The position numbers were made by a program, and so were the translations under genes. The notes under the pieces are model-generated. The model did not search any database. It was given only the letters and a program-made list of their open reading frames with translations, and had not been told where the DNA came from. From Hydrolagus colliei (Eukaryota): a stretch of 64,000 bases of DNA. The stretch is from assembly GCA_035084275.1 (NCBI GenBank), contig CM068747.1, positions 2,790,001-2,854,000 of the forward strand, read 5' to 3'. This document shows positions 32,701-47,700 of this stretch, piece by piece; within the stretch, counting starts at the first letter, position 1; each line of letters begins with the position of its first letter.

Positions 32701-35700
32701 GAGAGCCGGTACTAAAACTCTCATCTGCACAGGGTTGTACACTAACTGTCACTTTTCTTTTAACCTCTTCCGTATGTGTTTCGAATGAGGAAATATCCTT
32801 TGGCTCCTGGGCTTCTGGTTTCTTAATCTCGGTTTTGCCCTTTTCCTTAATAGTTACTTTAGCTGCTGGCTCTCCGAAAGCACGTGGAAAAGTATTGATT
32901 TGTACCTTTACGTCCCTGACACTGGAAACTGGCTCTTCCGCTACCGATTTCTTCTTTGTATTGTCTAAATGAGGCTCTGTACCTTTTTCCGTTTGGTCTT
33001 TTGACACTGGGTGCACAGCTTCCATATGTTCAACCAGTTTTATTGCATCTGGTACATCTCTCCCTTTCTTTGTCAATTCTTCTGAAGATTTAACCTTAGG
33101 ATCACTGTGAGCAACTGCAGGCACGTTGGATGGAGTTAACTCCTCAAAAACACCTTCAGTCTTTTCTTTGACAATCTGCTGTTCTGTAGTTTTGGTCACA
33201 GAGGAAGTAGTTACAGTCGAATCCATCTTTATTCCTTGTTTATCCGGCACAAGTTTGTCTTCGGTAACTATGGTTTTCGTAAGTGGTTGCTGCTGTTTGC
33301 TGGACGTTCCTTCGTTATCTTTCGGTGAAGCTTTGGCAAGAGCATCTTTATCTTCACCAGAGCCGGTTGCGGAAATCTCTACAGTAGGAGCGTTTGATGA
33401 ATCCTGAATGCTAGAACTTTGAAGAGACTTTTCGTTTTCCTCTAACGTGAGTAGGCTTGACACGATTTCTTTTGGAAAACACAGGACGTCATCTTTTGCC
33501 TCAGCCTCCCTCGGGCTCGATGGTGTGCGGACAGCAATATTTTCCGCTGCCACTAGAGAAATGCATTTATCTTCATGCGCACCGGATGGTAAAAGGCTCT
33601 CATAGCAGCTGGACATTGTTTCAACACCTGAGGAGGCAATTAAATCTTTTATACCTGTTCCATCTTTGAGCGAAACTGATACGGGACCTGTAGAGAACGA
33701 ATACACCTTATCGGCAGATTCCGCTAGCATTGCTGCAGCAGCATCTTCATCTTTACTAAATGCGTAACAAGTTGGCAGATCAGATTTTTGTTCTTCAATA
33801 CGTTCAATGCACTTATCTTTCTCCTCCATCTTAGACATGTCATGCAATGATGGCCTTTCCCCACTAGCAACAGAGAGTTCTCCGCCTGTTGACAGCTGAT
33901 CAAACTTGTCCGTCTTCGTGGCTGTAAGCAAATCTAAAGTAGTTTGTTTGCATGTATATACAGTAGTTAGATATCCATTACCGATAGGCAAAACCTCTCC
34001 AGTCCACAAATCACGTTCCCCGAAAAACACTTGCATCGAGTAATTTGAAATAGAGTATTGTGTAAAATTGTCTAAGTCTACATCACCAAATCTAGCCTGG
34101 GAGGGGGAATGAATGACATCAATGTTATGATGGTAAACTTATTGAGGACTGTAAACAACTCACTATTTATAGACTCTCAAAATATTGAGTGCCAAAAGTA
34201 GCAAAATCTAATGCTACACAGGCATCAACAATTCAGATAGATTCCTGAAGAGGTTCCAGAGGTCAATGTCCCAAATTGTCTAAATTATAAATTTCAGTGC
34301 CTTGGGACTGTTCTCCTGACATGAAAGATGCAATACAAATGTAATTTGTTGTTTTTCGGCAATTATGGTACTCCAAATGTTAAGAGAAACTTCTCAACCA
34401 AAACATTACTAATTCTGTTACAATCATACGTATACCCAACATATTAAAACATGTGTTTAAAATAACAACATAACTTGTCTCTCACTTTTACCACCGTGAC
34501 CTTCAGCGATATATACCAACTCCACATCTATGAAAACTGAAAACAATTTTACATAAGCACTTGCCATAGGCTGAGAAAACGATACATGCAAAATGTTAGC
34601 ACTAAAACATAAAGCAATCCATCTATGATTTAATAGAATTCCTGACACAAGCTGAAAATTCAGAAATGCAACGTAAAAACCTAATTTATCACTATATATT
34701 TTTAGGTCTGCTGACAAGAAAGCAGGTGAATCGGCTTTAAAAAAATACTTATTTGGCAATGTAACTGGCAAACATTTAAGGCAATGAAAAGCCTCATGTG
34801 GAAAAGAAAATAGGCTTAGCTGCAAAGCAAGTGGCATCATGGAAAAAAAGTAACTCAAGAGTCAGCAGTAGTTGTGGGAACTCATTATTTCATCTGTAGC
34901 TAGCGTCCGATCAGCCAAAAGCAACTTACACACACTTTCTTAAACTATCCACAGCAAAGTACTAGATCTACTGGAAACTTATACAAACAAGGTCTCAGAG
35001 GCAGGAGAATTTTCAAAAGCATTTTTCAACAATGGAAGCGGACAGGAAGACACACCTTCAACAGAAGGTGGCATTTCTTCCAGGGACCCAACCTCCCTAT
35101 GAATCACACCCTTCCCATTGGGTATCTGAGCTGGCACATTTTCTTCATTGGATGATTTGACCTCCACACTTTGGGTATCCTGGGCTATACCTGCTGCTCG
35201 CACTAAGTGCTCAGCAGACAAACACTCTTGAATACGTTCTTGCTCTAGAGCTGCCGCTGGCTCCTCTTCGTCCGATGCTGGACTCTCAACAAACTCTTCT
35301 ACTCAAAGGAAGAAGTGGACATGTCAGGACTACACACAGCACAGATGAAAACACTACAACAGTTTTAATGCTACACTTTCAGCTCTGCTTCGTTAAAACA
35401 CAAATAGAAAATAAGCAAATGAATGCAATAAGAATCAAACTAAAACGTAATTTTTAAGCATACCAGTGTATTAAAACAAAAGTGATATTAATCCTACAAT
35501 GGAAACACTTTATTAAGGGCAGTGAAAAGATCTATGTGACACCTTCCTTTGTAAGTTTGCGTTTTGATCACTGGTCAGTTGTAAATTGAGGCTGGTGAAT
35601 GTGATTCAAATCCTAAGCTGTCCTGACTTGGGTCTATAAGTGGCTATTATCGAATTAGATGTTCTTCTGTGATCTGAAAATGGTCGTTCAAATTAATCTA

Positions 35701-38700
35701 CTTTTATTTTGGTAAAAGATTTTCCTCCCTCTAACTTGGGCTTACTCGTGCAATGTGAAGATGGGCATGAGATCTGATCCCAGATGACAGCAGCTCCCAA
35801 AGCAGATGGGAAGAGAATTTAGCTGACCTCTGACCGTCCCTCATACTCTTGGGACCAAAGCCACCTCAACACAGATGGCCTGCAAAATAGACCGACCAAT
35901 GTTGGAAATTCAACATCTAGGGAAATGACCAGGGGGTTGGGTTTTCTAATGTGTTGGAAATATAAATTTAGAACATTTACTAAACGTGGAAAGTTTGTAC
36001 CCTTTATAACAAGCACTGGAGATTACGCGTTCAATTGTCCAATAGGGTATTTTAATATGGGAGTTATACATTGTAATGCCATTAATAGCAGTCATGGTTC
36101 ATGTTTGTTTAGTCATAAGTAATGAGTCTCATTTTTGGGTATTTCTCAACAGAATTCTTTCATGAGGAATCAGTCATGCAAATAGGGATTTCCTCTGGTA
36201 AAATGGAGGCAAGTCACGCTAATATTCAGGAACTCTGCTCTAATGCAATCTCCATCCAGAGCCAGGGAATTAGCAGGCACTTCAATACTTTAGCTGTTCT
36301 GTCTTGTTTCAAGATATGTTGCTAGATTTTATTTGCCAAATTCTCAAGTTACTGGCAAACAACTCACATAAATGAAATAAGTGAATGTTATAGAAGATGA
36401 AATGGTATGCTGGTGTGCAACAGAAATAATCGAATTAATATCACATACCATAAGGTTGAAGCCTCTTAGATGTTATTCTTACAACGTATAGAAAAAATGG
36501 ACCTTGTGTGGGATACAATTTGCAAATATTGTTGCCAATCATCAAATAAACCAATGATCAGTGGGACTGAAATAATGCACAAAATTATTGGAATCGAAGT
36601 GACAATTGGGTTTCTATATTATTATATGTGTTCTCTGAATATAGTTTACTCCTGTATGTAGCCATTTATCTTGGTGGGGAATTTTAATGGGGTAAGAGGG
36701 TACGAAATCATGCAATTCCAATTCAGCTATTTATTTAAGGTCAATTCTACGTTTGTCTGTAAAAAGTAGGGAGGGTCCTTCAGCTTCAGATTTCTGAAGT
36801 GATAATTCTTTTATAGGATTTATAATTTTGGCCGCTTACATATAAATTTTTAATACAGTTGCCTAAATAATATTAACAGAACAGATTACACATTTTATAT
36901 AAAAATTGCCCAATTTGAGCTCAGATTTTACCCATCATAAGGGTATTGTTTGAAAACAAGCTAAGTAGGTGAGGTGGGGGCAGGGTGTACGGGAGAGAGT
37001 AAGAGAAGAGAAGGAAAGATAGCATTTTCCAGTTTACTCTCCAGTGAAGTATTTTACATTTCACTCTATGCTGTGTTATTCAAATGAAAATCATAATCCC
37101 TAGCCTTCTTGCAAGGTATATATTTATTAATAGCATATTTAGCTTGTGTGTTTATTTTGTTCCAAAAAATACTCCTAAAAGATTTAGAACGAAATGGCAT
37201 TGCATTTATTTTCTCTATCAATAAGTTTTGTGTTTTATGTGTTAAAAAAAGATACAAATCCGATTGTCCGATTTCATACTTTCACTTGTCAACTAATGAT
37301 ACCATGACAACTTAAAACAATGCAAATAAATTAGTATTACAGACTGAGAGCTGAAAGTGTTTCAGTGATCTACATCAGAACTAAAGCAGAGGTAGATCAG
37401 CATGCTTGACAATGTGGGAAAACTCTCACATTTAGTGCAGTGTTGGATGCAAGACATTTGTGGGAAAGGCAAATACTAAGTGAAATAGTGAAGTGCATTG
37501 AATTTGGGATTCATGCACTGTTTTCTCCAATGTAAGAAGTCCCATGGATAATTCTGGCAAATATGTACAATTTTAAAGAAATTTCAAAAGCTCTAGTTCT
37601 TACCAATTCCAATGTTTCAAATGACTTTTTTTTATACCAAAAATGCATTGAAAGTTCGATGATAAATTCACCATCATTCTTGCCACTACCTGTAGTTTGA
37701 GCAAAGCCTTTAAGTTTAAAACTGAAGTACAGACATGACTAGTTTATTTCTTAAAATTAAGGTTTCACGGATTTAAAATAATAATATAATCTCCACAATA
37801 GGTCTTTATAGTAGGGGGAAAGAGCTGCGTTGTTTCATAGAATCAAAATTTGGGGAATACATTATCAATTTAAAGTGCAAAATTGTGGTGTATTAGGCAT
37901 GGGATAATCAGCACTAGGAAATAGAGCCGTCCTCACTTTTCTAAATGCAATTAAGTGGTGTGAGTGAGGTCAGACAACAATAACAGCTACATGCACCCTT
38001 GATATGGAGGCAGCAAATTGCCTCAATCCCTATGTGGTTTATCTGAGTCAGATTGCCAATAGAGTATAGTAATATAATAATATAATGTATAATAATATAA
38101 TAATTTATATTCATGGGAATTATTTTCTCATTGTACAGGGTGACCATAAAGTTGTGATACCATTACAATGTCTAATAAGCCTTAAAGAAATGATGATTAT
38201 TTTTAGATAATAGGGTGGTTGAAACATAAGATATTTTGATCACCCTAATAAAGATCTATTGGTTTAAAGCACATTTCTAAAAATGTATTAACAATTTAAC
38301 AATTGATTTGAATCAATGACCTAAACAACAGTTGGCAAATGAACAAACAGTATTTCTGGATTGACTCTTTCCAAGTAACTTATCTGAAACAAATGTAGGA
38401 TATGCATACAGACTACTAACTCAAATTCCCAAACATCGTTACCAAAAAAAGTTTGTTAATGATTTAAAAAAAATTATGTGTAGAATAAGGAATAGTATAA
38501 TGGGATTAACTGGCCATTATCATATTGATGGTTCATCTTTTCTTTGTAAAGTAAACTTGTCCTGCTGCTGATTTACTCTCACGTTTATTCAGTTTGAGGG
38601 AAGGGTATTGAATTTCATAAAAAGATCCAGAAAGATCTTCCTAAAATTGCTTCAGTGAAGTTCTATTTCCTTCCACTTTTTCTTTAAAGTCCAATTTCTT

Positions 38701-41700
38701 GATATTTAAAATGTGCGTGTGAACACCAGAAGTAATCAAAAATAAGAAGTAATCAAACAGTTTGTAATTTACGGCAAAATACCAACAATGCATTTCCTTG
38801 TATACTTGACTTTCCAGTTTCTCGCTTCTCAAGGGATATTGTAGCTTTTAAATCAGAATTTTCACTACCTGATTCAAAACTACACTGGTTCAGTCAAGTT
38901 TCATAGAGGCCTTTCAGAAAACAGCCTTAAAAGGATTCTCGGTGAGTATGGCCTGCACACCACCAACCATTAGGGGCTAATTCAGAAACTTTGCATTTAA
39001 TTTTCAAACATTAGAAGTTAAAATTGGACCAGGGACTTCATTTCCATGTGGAAAAAAACCAACAGGAATGGTGAACTCATGCAAGACAAAGACAAAAGGG
39101 GGGGGAGAGAAATGCAACAAAAAAAAGGAACCATGCTTGGTTCACCTTTGTCCTGACTACACAACTCATGTGCCTGTTGAACTGTGGCACTGGGGAGTGG
39201 ACTAGTGGCAGTCCATTCTGAACTGAATAAAGGATGCTCATAGTACTCCTCATCAGAATTGTACGGCTCATCATCATGAACAGAAACAGAAATGGAGGGG
39301 GCTAGGAGAACACGCCTCTCTTGAGTGGCGGCAGGCTGATAACTTGAGCACCTTTGGAGAGGTTTTGCCTTAACCTCAACCCTTAAATCTACAAACAGAC
39401 ACAGGAAGAAGCTGCAAGGATAATTCAACAAACAGACAGAGGTCCACACAGAGCAATCAGCTAACCAGTAGAATGAAGCCAGCCATGCTGAACCCATAAG
39501 ATCGGTATTGGGTATGCCCTTTGTATTTCTGTTAATGATGCAGGATTCCCACCTTGTTCTACAGAAAAAAAATGATCGAGCAAACACTTTGTCAACTTTG
39601 CATCAAAAATTCAAAGTAAAAAAATTCTTTAAGAATATTCCAGAGACTTCCAGAGGCTTCCTCTTCCTCCTCACCTGAAAACTGTAATACCATTTAAGAA
39701 TTCATTTGTATTAAGTGCTTTGAGACACTGCACAGCACAAAGGGCACTATAAAAATACAAGTTATTGCTGTTGTTCTAACGGATCTGTGATTATAGTCTG
39801 TATTAACACAGAGGTTGGCTAACCAGCCCAAACAAATTGTCAGCACAGTCACGGTTTAACAATCCTACCTTCACCATTATAAGGAGAAGCCGCTTGAGGT
39901 AAGAGACAGCTTGAAGACTGAGGTGATTAGATTCAGATGAAGTGGTAAATGGGAACACCAAAGTTACAATCTCTATGCAGATTCACTACTCAACCCAATA
40001 TTTGCTTTAAAAAATACCATAATAACGCTCCCTTTCCTCCTCCCCAATTCCCCACTGGTGGTTTGGGTTCTTTCACAGATGTCTCCATGCTTTGCTGCTT
40101 GTATCTGGATCTCCCACAGCATTGCAGCTATTGCGACATACACTCATACATCTCAAGAGGGAAAGTGTGTTTAGAAGCAGAGGCAAGGTTTCATTCCAGT
40201 ATATTGCACTGTACATATTTACAAGGTCAAATATCAAACAGATTGGAAAGGTTGAGTTAATTAATAAGTTAGCTCACCTTGCTGTTTAATTACCTCTTAA
40301 TCTTCCGGAACTGAATGGAAAATGCATATTTTTATTACAGCTACATCAGCATATTGTTAATCAATCAAAACAAAGTGCCCCAGATGACTAGTCAGGGGGC
40401 ACTATTCCCAGAGGCCTTGGAGCCAAATTCTATTATTAAAATGGCTTTTCTTACATTCTTTAAAGGACTGACTGTGCGATGAGATTGCTAATGGATGCAA
40501 TCTAGCAGGAATATATAGGGTTCACACTGGACAGACACCAAATAATTATGGTGTGCTGCTTTATCTTGGTTCATTAGTAGTCCACCGTCTTATTATTTTT
40601 TCTGGAAGGAATGTATACTGAATTAATAGAAAATAAAATTCTATCATCTATGAATGATAACTAATAATTGATTTTTTTAAATGAACACAGAATTCAAAGT
40701 ATTTAAACACAGATCCACCCAGAAGTATTAAGCAATGCTGAAGCACTCCTCACTCAAAGGATTGAACAATTTGAATGGCATCTCAGAAAAATCCAATTAT
40801 GGATCAATTACAGCTGCTTTGAAAGATTGTCTTTAGTTACATGTGGAATACATTTATTTTAATTGGCATTTCCCCTTCAGCGGAGGGATTGGTTAATGCT
40901 TAAAATAATGCTTGAAATGCAATTGAGTTCTCCATTTTAACAAGGTTCAAAATAACATTTACAGATCCTTGTCAGGAAAATATATACACGTATATAATAA
41001 ATATTATATAATATATATAATCTGTCACTTACATTCGTCACTTACGTCAACTGTATACTCCCAGTGTCACAATGTACTTACGGTGAGGGAATCATTAGAT
41101 TACAGATACCCAATGTGCAAGAAAAATTGCAATCAGTGCTGATAATATGGATGATTATTAAGAAAAGTTTGCAGATGGGGAGGAGATAGGAAAATAGACA
41201 CAGGCATTTTTACAGCCCACTGGGAATGTTAGCAACAAAAATAATCAACACTTTGCCCTTCTGTTGATCCTTTGCTTCCCAGGTACCATCTTAGTGTGAA
41301 TACAGTATCGCCAGCTTCATCCACTAGTGTGATTCAAACACAGACTTCTATTGCTTTAACAAAACTTCTAAACACTTCAAAGAAAACAGGCAACATTTAA
41401 ACAGCACAACTTAACAAGCAAAAACATCTGTGATTATTAAATTGCATTAGAATATCTTCTAATCAGCAATTTATGAACATTCACACATACAGTAAGCATC
41501 TATATATATCCCCCATCCCCACACACACATACACACACACACTCATACATATTTATAGGTCAAGTAGAATTAATATTACTGTAGCTTGGTCTGCACTCAA
41601 TAGATAACACCACTTAGCCTGTGTAACCACCACCTTACCTTGCTCTGCCGCCCCAAAGCGTTCCGATGCTGGAGATGGAGGTGGGGAAGGCGGCAAATTA

Positions 41701-44700
41701 GCTGAGTCATCGACTGCACGTCAAAAATAAAAAGGCAGAACACAAAGGAGAGAAACATCAGACACAGCAAACATTCAAGCAGCTCAGTAGCTTACAAAAT
41801 TAAACACCACTTTACAGAGCAGCAAACAATAATATTGATCATCTCTGAATCTTTATTATGAACCTTGTAGAGATCTTCAAACGCAGAGTGAAGTTTGTCA
41901 TCATCATAATACTAAGAATACTAATGCCTAGTTTTGGAATCGTTATTAAGTATTAGCGCTAACGCAGTTATCAATAGTCATCATTGCATTTGATATAGTG
42001 CTTTTCACGTCTTCTCCAGATCTCAAAGCGCTTCACACAACATACTGTAAAGGGAATTGACTGTATATTTGTGGGCAAAATAACAAAAAACATTTAATGG
42101 AGTTAAACGTATCGCTTCATCATCAAATGCCTATTTTTAATGAGCAAAAGTGAAAGGCAGTCATTCTACGCACTGGCCCTGTTTGGCACACTGCACTGAG
42201 ACATGCAGTGAGAGAGAGTGTAAAATGGCAGACAGCAGTGAAACCCATTATTAAGCAGGATGGCAAGGCCAATAATGAAATTGCTCAGCCAATCAATATG
42301 TTTAATGTCTGAAAACTGCAATTATTACTGAATTTATAAAACTAAAGTAACTGCAAACGCATCAGTCACATATGTAAAAAAAACTGAGGTGAGAAAATAA
42401 GCCGCTGGAATTAATAAGAATTGAATGTGCTACTCTTTAACGGGAGGTCATTAAACTACCACTAACATCCTATTCATACCTTGAACGTGCTGCCTACAAC
42501 AAGCGCTGAATGCGGCAACTTCACAGTGTAAAGTATGGCAGCTTCACTTCATAAAATCTATGGGAATCAGCAGTCCAACGACTACAGAGTTTTGCCTGAT
42601 TCCCTGGCCAAAAACCCTACAGTTTAATTAGGCATTCACCTCATTGCTGTGGGTGGGACAATCCTCAGGAGGCTGCAGAATTTACTGTCGGTTACTCTAG
42701 TTGAGAGTGAAATTACTTGCAAAGTGCTACTGTATAAGATGTTTCAATCCAAGAAGGCTGAAAGGAATGCTCTTAAAGGAACTGGCACTGACATGATGGG
42801 TTGAATGGCCTTCTTTTGTGCTGTAAATTTCTATGGCTCTTACAGTACAGCACTATAAATACACAAGTTCTTTCTTTCTCACTCTGTCTCTCTTTCTTTC
42901 CCTGAGCTGGCAGTCTCCAGAACTGCCTCCAAAGACAGTGCTGCTTGTTTCCTGCGCACAAAACCTTCAAGTTTGACTCATCTTACATTGCTTAGAAAAC
43001 TGTCCAATGTCTCCAACATGTAGAAGCTTGTTTTAAAGTAAAGGACGCTGCATTTTACATTGGCCAAGCTCATCAATCAGCAACCAAAGCAATTATTTAT
43101 CTGCAAAACTAGCCAACCAGAGCTCAAATGAAGCAAATTATGTATTTCTGATGTTGGGACATGATTCCCAAATGCGTAATACAGCAGGCGGTGCATCAAG
43201 ATAAATGGTCTGGCAACCAAAAGCACAAACCATACGCCAGGTGTTGCCAGTTTTCAACTGCTCTCTCTTGTCCACACAGCAATAAAGAATAAACTATTAT
43301 ATGTAGGCCCTACACAATTACCGATGACAATGAATCAGGTCTGATATACAGAACAGATGTTTGGGGCAATCCCAGGGCACCTTCATTTAGGTGTGCAAAG
43401 CAACGGGGGTGAGTGGAAGCCACGTGCAAAGATACATATAAAACCCAATGATAAATGCAAATGGAAAAAACCTCAGACACAAGAAAATCTGTAAACTGTT
43501 GAGGGATTTCATGCCTGCTCAGGAGTAAATAATAATAATAATCCTTTCATTTGATATAAAGCCTTATTAAGTCTGTGAGACGTCTCAAAGCGCTTCACAG
43601 AATATATGGTAAACTGACTGTACATTTTGTTGGCGAAACATAACAACTAATTGCATAAAGCAGTGGCCCACAAACAGTTGTGGATAGAGTGACCAATTTA
43701 TTCTTCATATTTTTTGGGGAAGGAACTTTACCCCTCAAAAAGTGGTAGACCAACCGACCAATGACTGGGTTCCTACTTACTGCTAGGTAAACAGAGATAG
43801 GTGTAGTATGGAATCTTGCCCAAAGTTTCGCCCTGTCAGGAACCGAACCCAGGTTTCTTGCTTGCAAGGCGAGTGCTCTAACCACTGATCTACAGGATTC
43901 CACCAAAAAGTACTGTTGGAATACACCAGTAGATGACGGGGAAAGTCACTTGTCCTCTTTGTGACATTCAAACCCTCAAGTATGCAGGTCTCACTCAGTT
44001 GTTAGCATTCTCTGCCCTGAATCGGAAGGTTGTGTGTTCAGTACTGGGAATGTGACTCATTGTCCGTATTGCCAACTTTCAGATACGATGTTATCAAGCT
44101 TGTTCAGTTGGATTTTAAAGATCCCATGATAGTAAAAAGAGAACAATATGTTCTCTCAGTGTCGCATCTACCAATCCCCCAGATATAATTGGTCATTTCA
44201 CTTCACAGCCATTTGTGGGATATTGCTGAGCACACACTGGCTGTTCCCTTGTTCATTTACGAATACAAATACTGAAGAGTAAATCTTGTGAAACACTTGG
44301 GGTGACATTTTGATAATGTGATAAGGTGTGATATCAAATGAAAGGATTATCATGACAACTTTATGTAAATTGCAGCCTTCAAACCATGACATTCCAGGGT
44401 CCACAATTATACCAGCTTGTAGAAAATATTGTGTGTTAAAATTTAAAATGCACACCAGGTTCCAAATTAAGCGAATTCCTTGCTAATTCAAATTATGAAT
44501 TGTCTCAAAAATTGAGACATGGGGAAATTCTCACGCCCAGCTCAGGTTCTAGGTCACCATGGTCAAGCATTTTGAGACATCTCCCCCACCCACCCACCCA
44601 CTCCCTGACATTAAAGGGTATATTATAAATGAGTATTGTATTCGTTTAGCGCCTTGGGACATCCTCCCGACGTGAAAGGTGCTCTACAAATGTAATTTTG

Positions 44701-47700
44701 TTGTCGTTGGTTTGTAATTTCAGATCTCAGATCCTTTTGGAGGCCACAATTTCATATAAACATTGGCTTTCTGTTTTCCAGTTTGTACAGCTACCCCTTC
44801 AATAGTATCTCCCAATTTGTAAGATGCAGCAAAGGAGATCTAGTTGTTATCTAGTTGGGGTTTGACAATGAATGGATAGCATGAAGTGTACATGCGATAT
44901 TTTGTGCTTTTAGTCTCTTTACCATCAGGAAAAAAGCATGTTCTAATCATTCAGCATTATTAGACTACACAATCTACACAGACTCAATCTATCAGCCTTA
45001 TTGAACAAATGCTAATGCTATTACAGAGATTAAGCGCCTTGGGACATTCTCTTGATGTACAAGTGTCATTTTATTGTTGTTGATATGCCAATTTGTTTCG
45101 ATTTTTTTTTCAAATACCGGATTTACTTTTTTTTTAGCTAACCTACGGTGCCAGGTTCATGGGTGTTAGTGTGTAGCCCGGAGACACTGAGATTGGGTAC
45201 CACGTGGATCAGTTCTTGGTTTTCTTCAATGAGTTTCAAATATTAATAAATGTTTCCCCAGTGTTGTGCGTGTTGCGAGTCTTTGTGTTGACAGGTTATG
45301 CCGCTGTGTTCCAACAGTCATTGGGTGTCTCATCTCGGTTCACTTGATAGCACTCTTGCCCCTGGATTGAATGAGACCTTATCTTAAGGTTCTATTTAAA
45401 TGCTCAGGTGGATGTTTAAAAAAAACTCGAAACAGTTCAAAGAGAGTAGGGAGATCCTATCATGTGTCCTGGCCAACAATGCTTCAGATGAATTGTTAAT
45501 GGGTGTCTGTGGACTGACTAATATTACTGGAGCACAAAGCGAAAAGTCCCTCTGCTCCCAATTCCAATTGGCAGAATACAGGGTGAAACTTGTCTGCAGG
45601 AACCTAGTGAGGGCACATTTAAACCCACAGAAGCATTTCCAGCGTTTGTTGCCGGCTGACTTCTTTTGTGAAAATATGGCTACGTTTTAATTAGTCAAGT
45701 TCCCGCCGACGTCACTAGTACGTTAAACACAACAAATGCTACTTAGATCATTTCACGAAGGAAATGTGCGATTTACCGCTGGAAGCGTACCAGACTCCTG
45801 ATCTTGCAGGAGTCCACACTATACTTGGACCCATGTTAAACCAGGGCACGTTATAATGGGGTATGGCCTGTATTTCTTTACCTGAGAACGGCTGCTTTGG
45901 GAGCTGCTTTGGGAGTTCCTTTGGAAGTTCCTTTGCTTTCTCTTTTGGCTGCTCCTTCGGCTGCTCCCCATATACAGCTTCACCTTTAAGTACGGCCACT
46001 GCCTCTGCTGTCACTTCCTGGACAATCCTGGCTGAGATCTCCTCTGCTTAACAAATGTGATGGAGAAAATTACCAAAGTGCGTTGCCAAACTTGCTTCAG
46101 TCATTCAGCTGATGAATCAAGTGGAGAAATGATCAACTGAACGGGTGAATAAATGGAAGGAAAAATAAGAAATCAAACAGGAAGTGAAAATTGCATTGTG
46201 ACAAATGGACATAAAGCTTTGAAGTCCCAAGGATTTTGAGCTGTTTTAATGGAAATGATACGATTTGAGAAGAAAAGGGCAGCTCCACTTCCTTTGATGG
46301 ATGACGATAACAACAACTTGCGTTTATATGATGCCCTTCATGTGAAGCGATTAACAATGAAAAGAAATTTCAGAAGTGAAGAAGGTTCATTATGCCTGTG
46401 CCATGGTTTGCTCTCCCCAGACATGAAATGTTTGTTTGCGAGTAATTTAAATCTTTGGTGACGCTGCATGATTATGAATCCGAGCACTTCTCTACTTTTC
46501 GTCTTGTGTGTACACAAGTTCCTCGCACATACACACGCACATCCCAACCCTCCGATTCCTGCAACCTATTCCTACTCCAACAACTGAAATAATGGGAAAA
46601 AATATATGGACATGCAGAGCAGGTTGATACATTGCATTGAGTATTCCCAATTTACGTGCTCTGTGGCCAGAACAACTTCCATGCTTCAAGAGAGCCGTGG
46701 TGCCACATATTGGAAATTTAATACAAAACTGCACAAAATGCGTCTGCATCTCCCAGTGCTTTCAGTCTCGTTGTACACTTCCAGCCCCAATTGGGTGTAA
46801 GGAGAGGGCAAACAGAGCAAAACAAAAAATCAAGAATCAAATGAAAATGAAAAAGACAGATATGAAACAGAGAGGGGACCGTAAGGTAACTGAAAAAAAT
46901 TTATATGGTGAGAAAAACAAAGAAAAAATACACTGAAAAGTTTAATTGTAAGATCAAGGAGCAGAATTGTGAAGGCTTTTGGAGATAATAATCCCTTCAA
47001 AAAAAATCATTAATAATAATTTGGTAACCCAATCCATGACTGTTTGTGGGATACTGCTTTTCACCCACAACATATACAGTCAATTCACCTTTACAGTATA
47101 TTCTGTGAAGCGCTTTAAGAGGTCTTGAAGATGTGCTATATTAAAATGCAAAGTTTATTAACTTACTACTGTATTATGTTTGTTGTGGTTACAATTGGTT
47201 CACATTGTGTTGTACAATGATTGTATTTCTAAGGATTTTACCTGGAGCCATACTGTAAACCAAAATATCATGCTTTTTCTTCTCCAAATAATTACAATTT
47301 TAACAAAAGGCAAAGTAGATGCAATTACAAATTACACTTTAATTCAGCGAAACAAACATTAGCAACTTGACACAGATTTAATAGCAACATTGCAATTGAT
47401 GACTTGTGGACAGAGGATGAAACCAAGCAATCTTCAATGTGTGACATGCATTTGACAAGGACATCACGTTGTTCATACCTTCTAGTGCAGGGACTGGTTT
47501 AACGTCTGTGCTTCTTCCATTCGCTGCAGGAAAGCAAGTGGCAAGGGAAACAATGGGATACAAGAAAAAATTAGTCTGAGCTTGTGTCCCATAAGACATT
47601 ACCCTGAAAATAAAACAGCTTACACATGTTATCTCATCCTCTGCCCCCACCCACCCCACCCCCAAAACATGCCAGAGTTCTACAGCATATCTTGAGAAAA

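Noticed and set aside
29512-33669. Plus-strand ORFs overlapping the giant exon
   Set aside because: Antisense shadows of a long coding exon, with no recognisable products.
29432-34036. The 1534-aa ORF as a standalone single-exon gene
   Set aside because: It is the giant MAP2 exon (29626-33933) plus in-frame intronic read-through; splice sites and homology boundaries coincide.
38134-38250. Tc1/mariner-like end (tacagggtgacca...tcacccta)
   Set aside because: Inverted ends are too short and degenerate to call an element.
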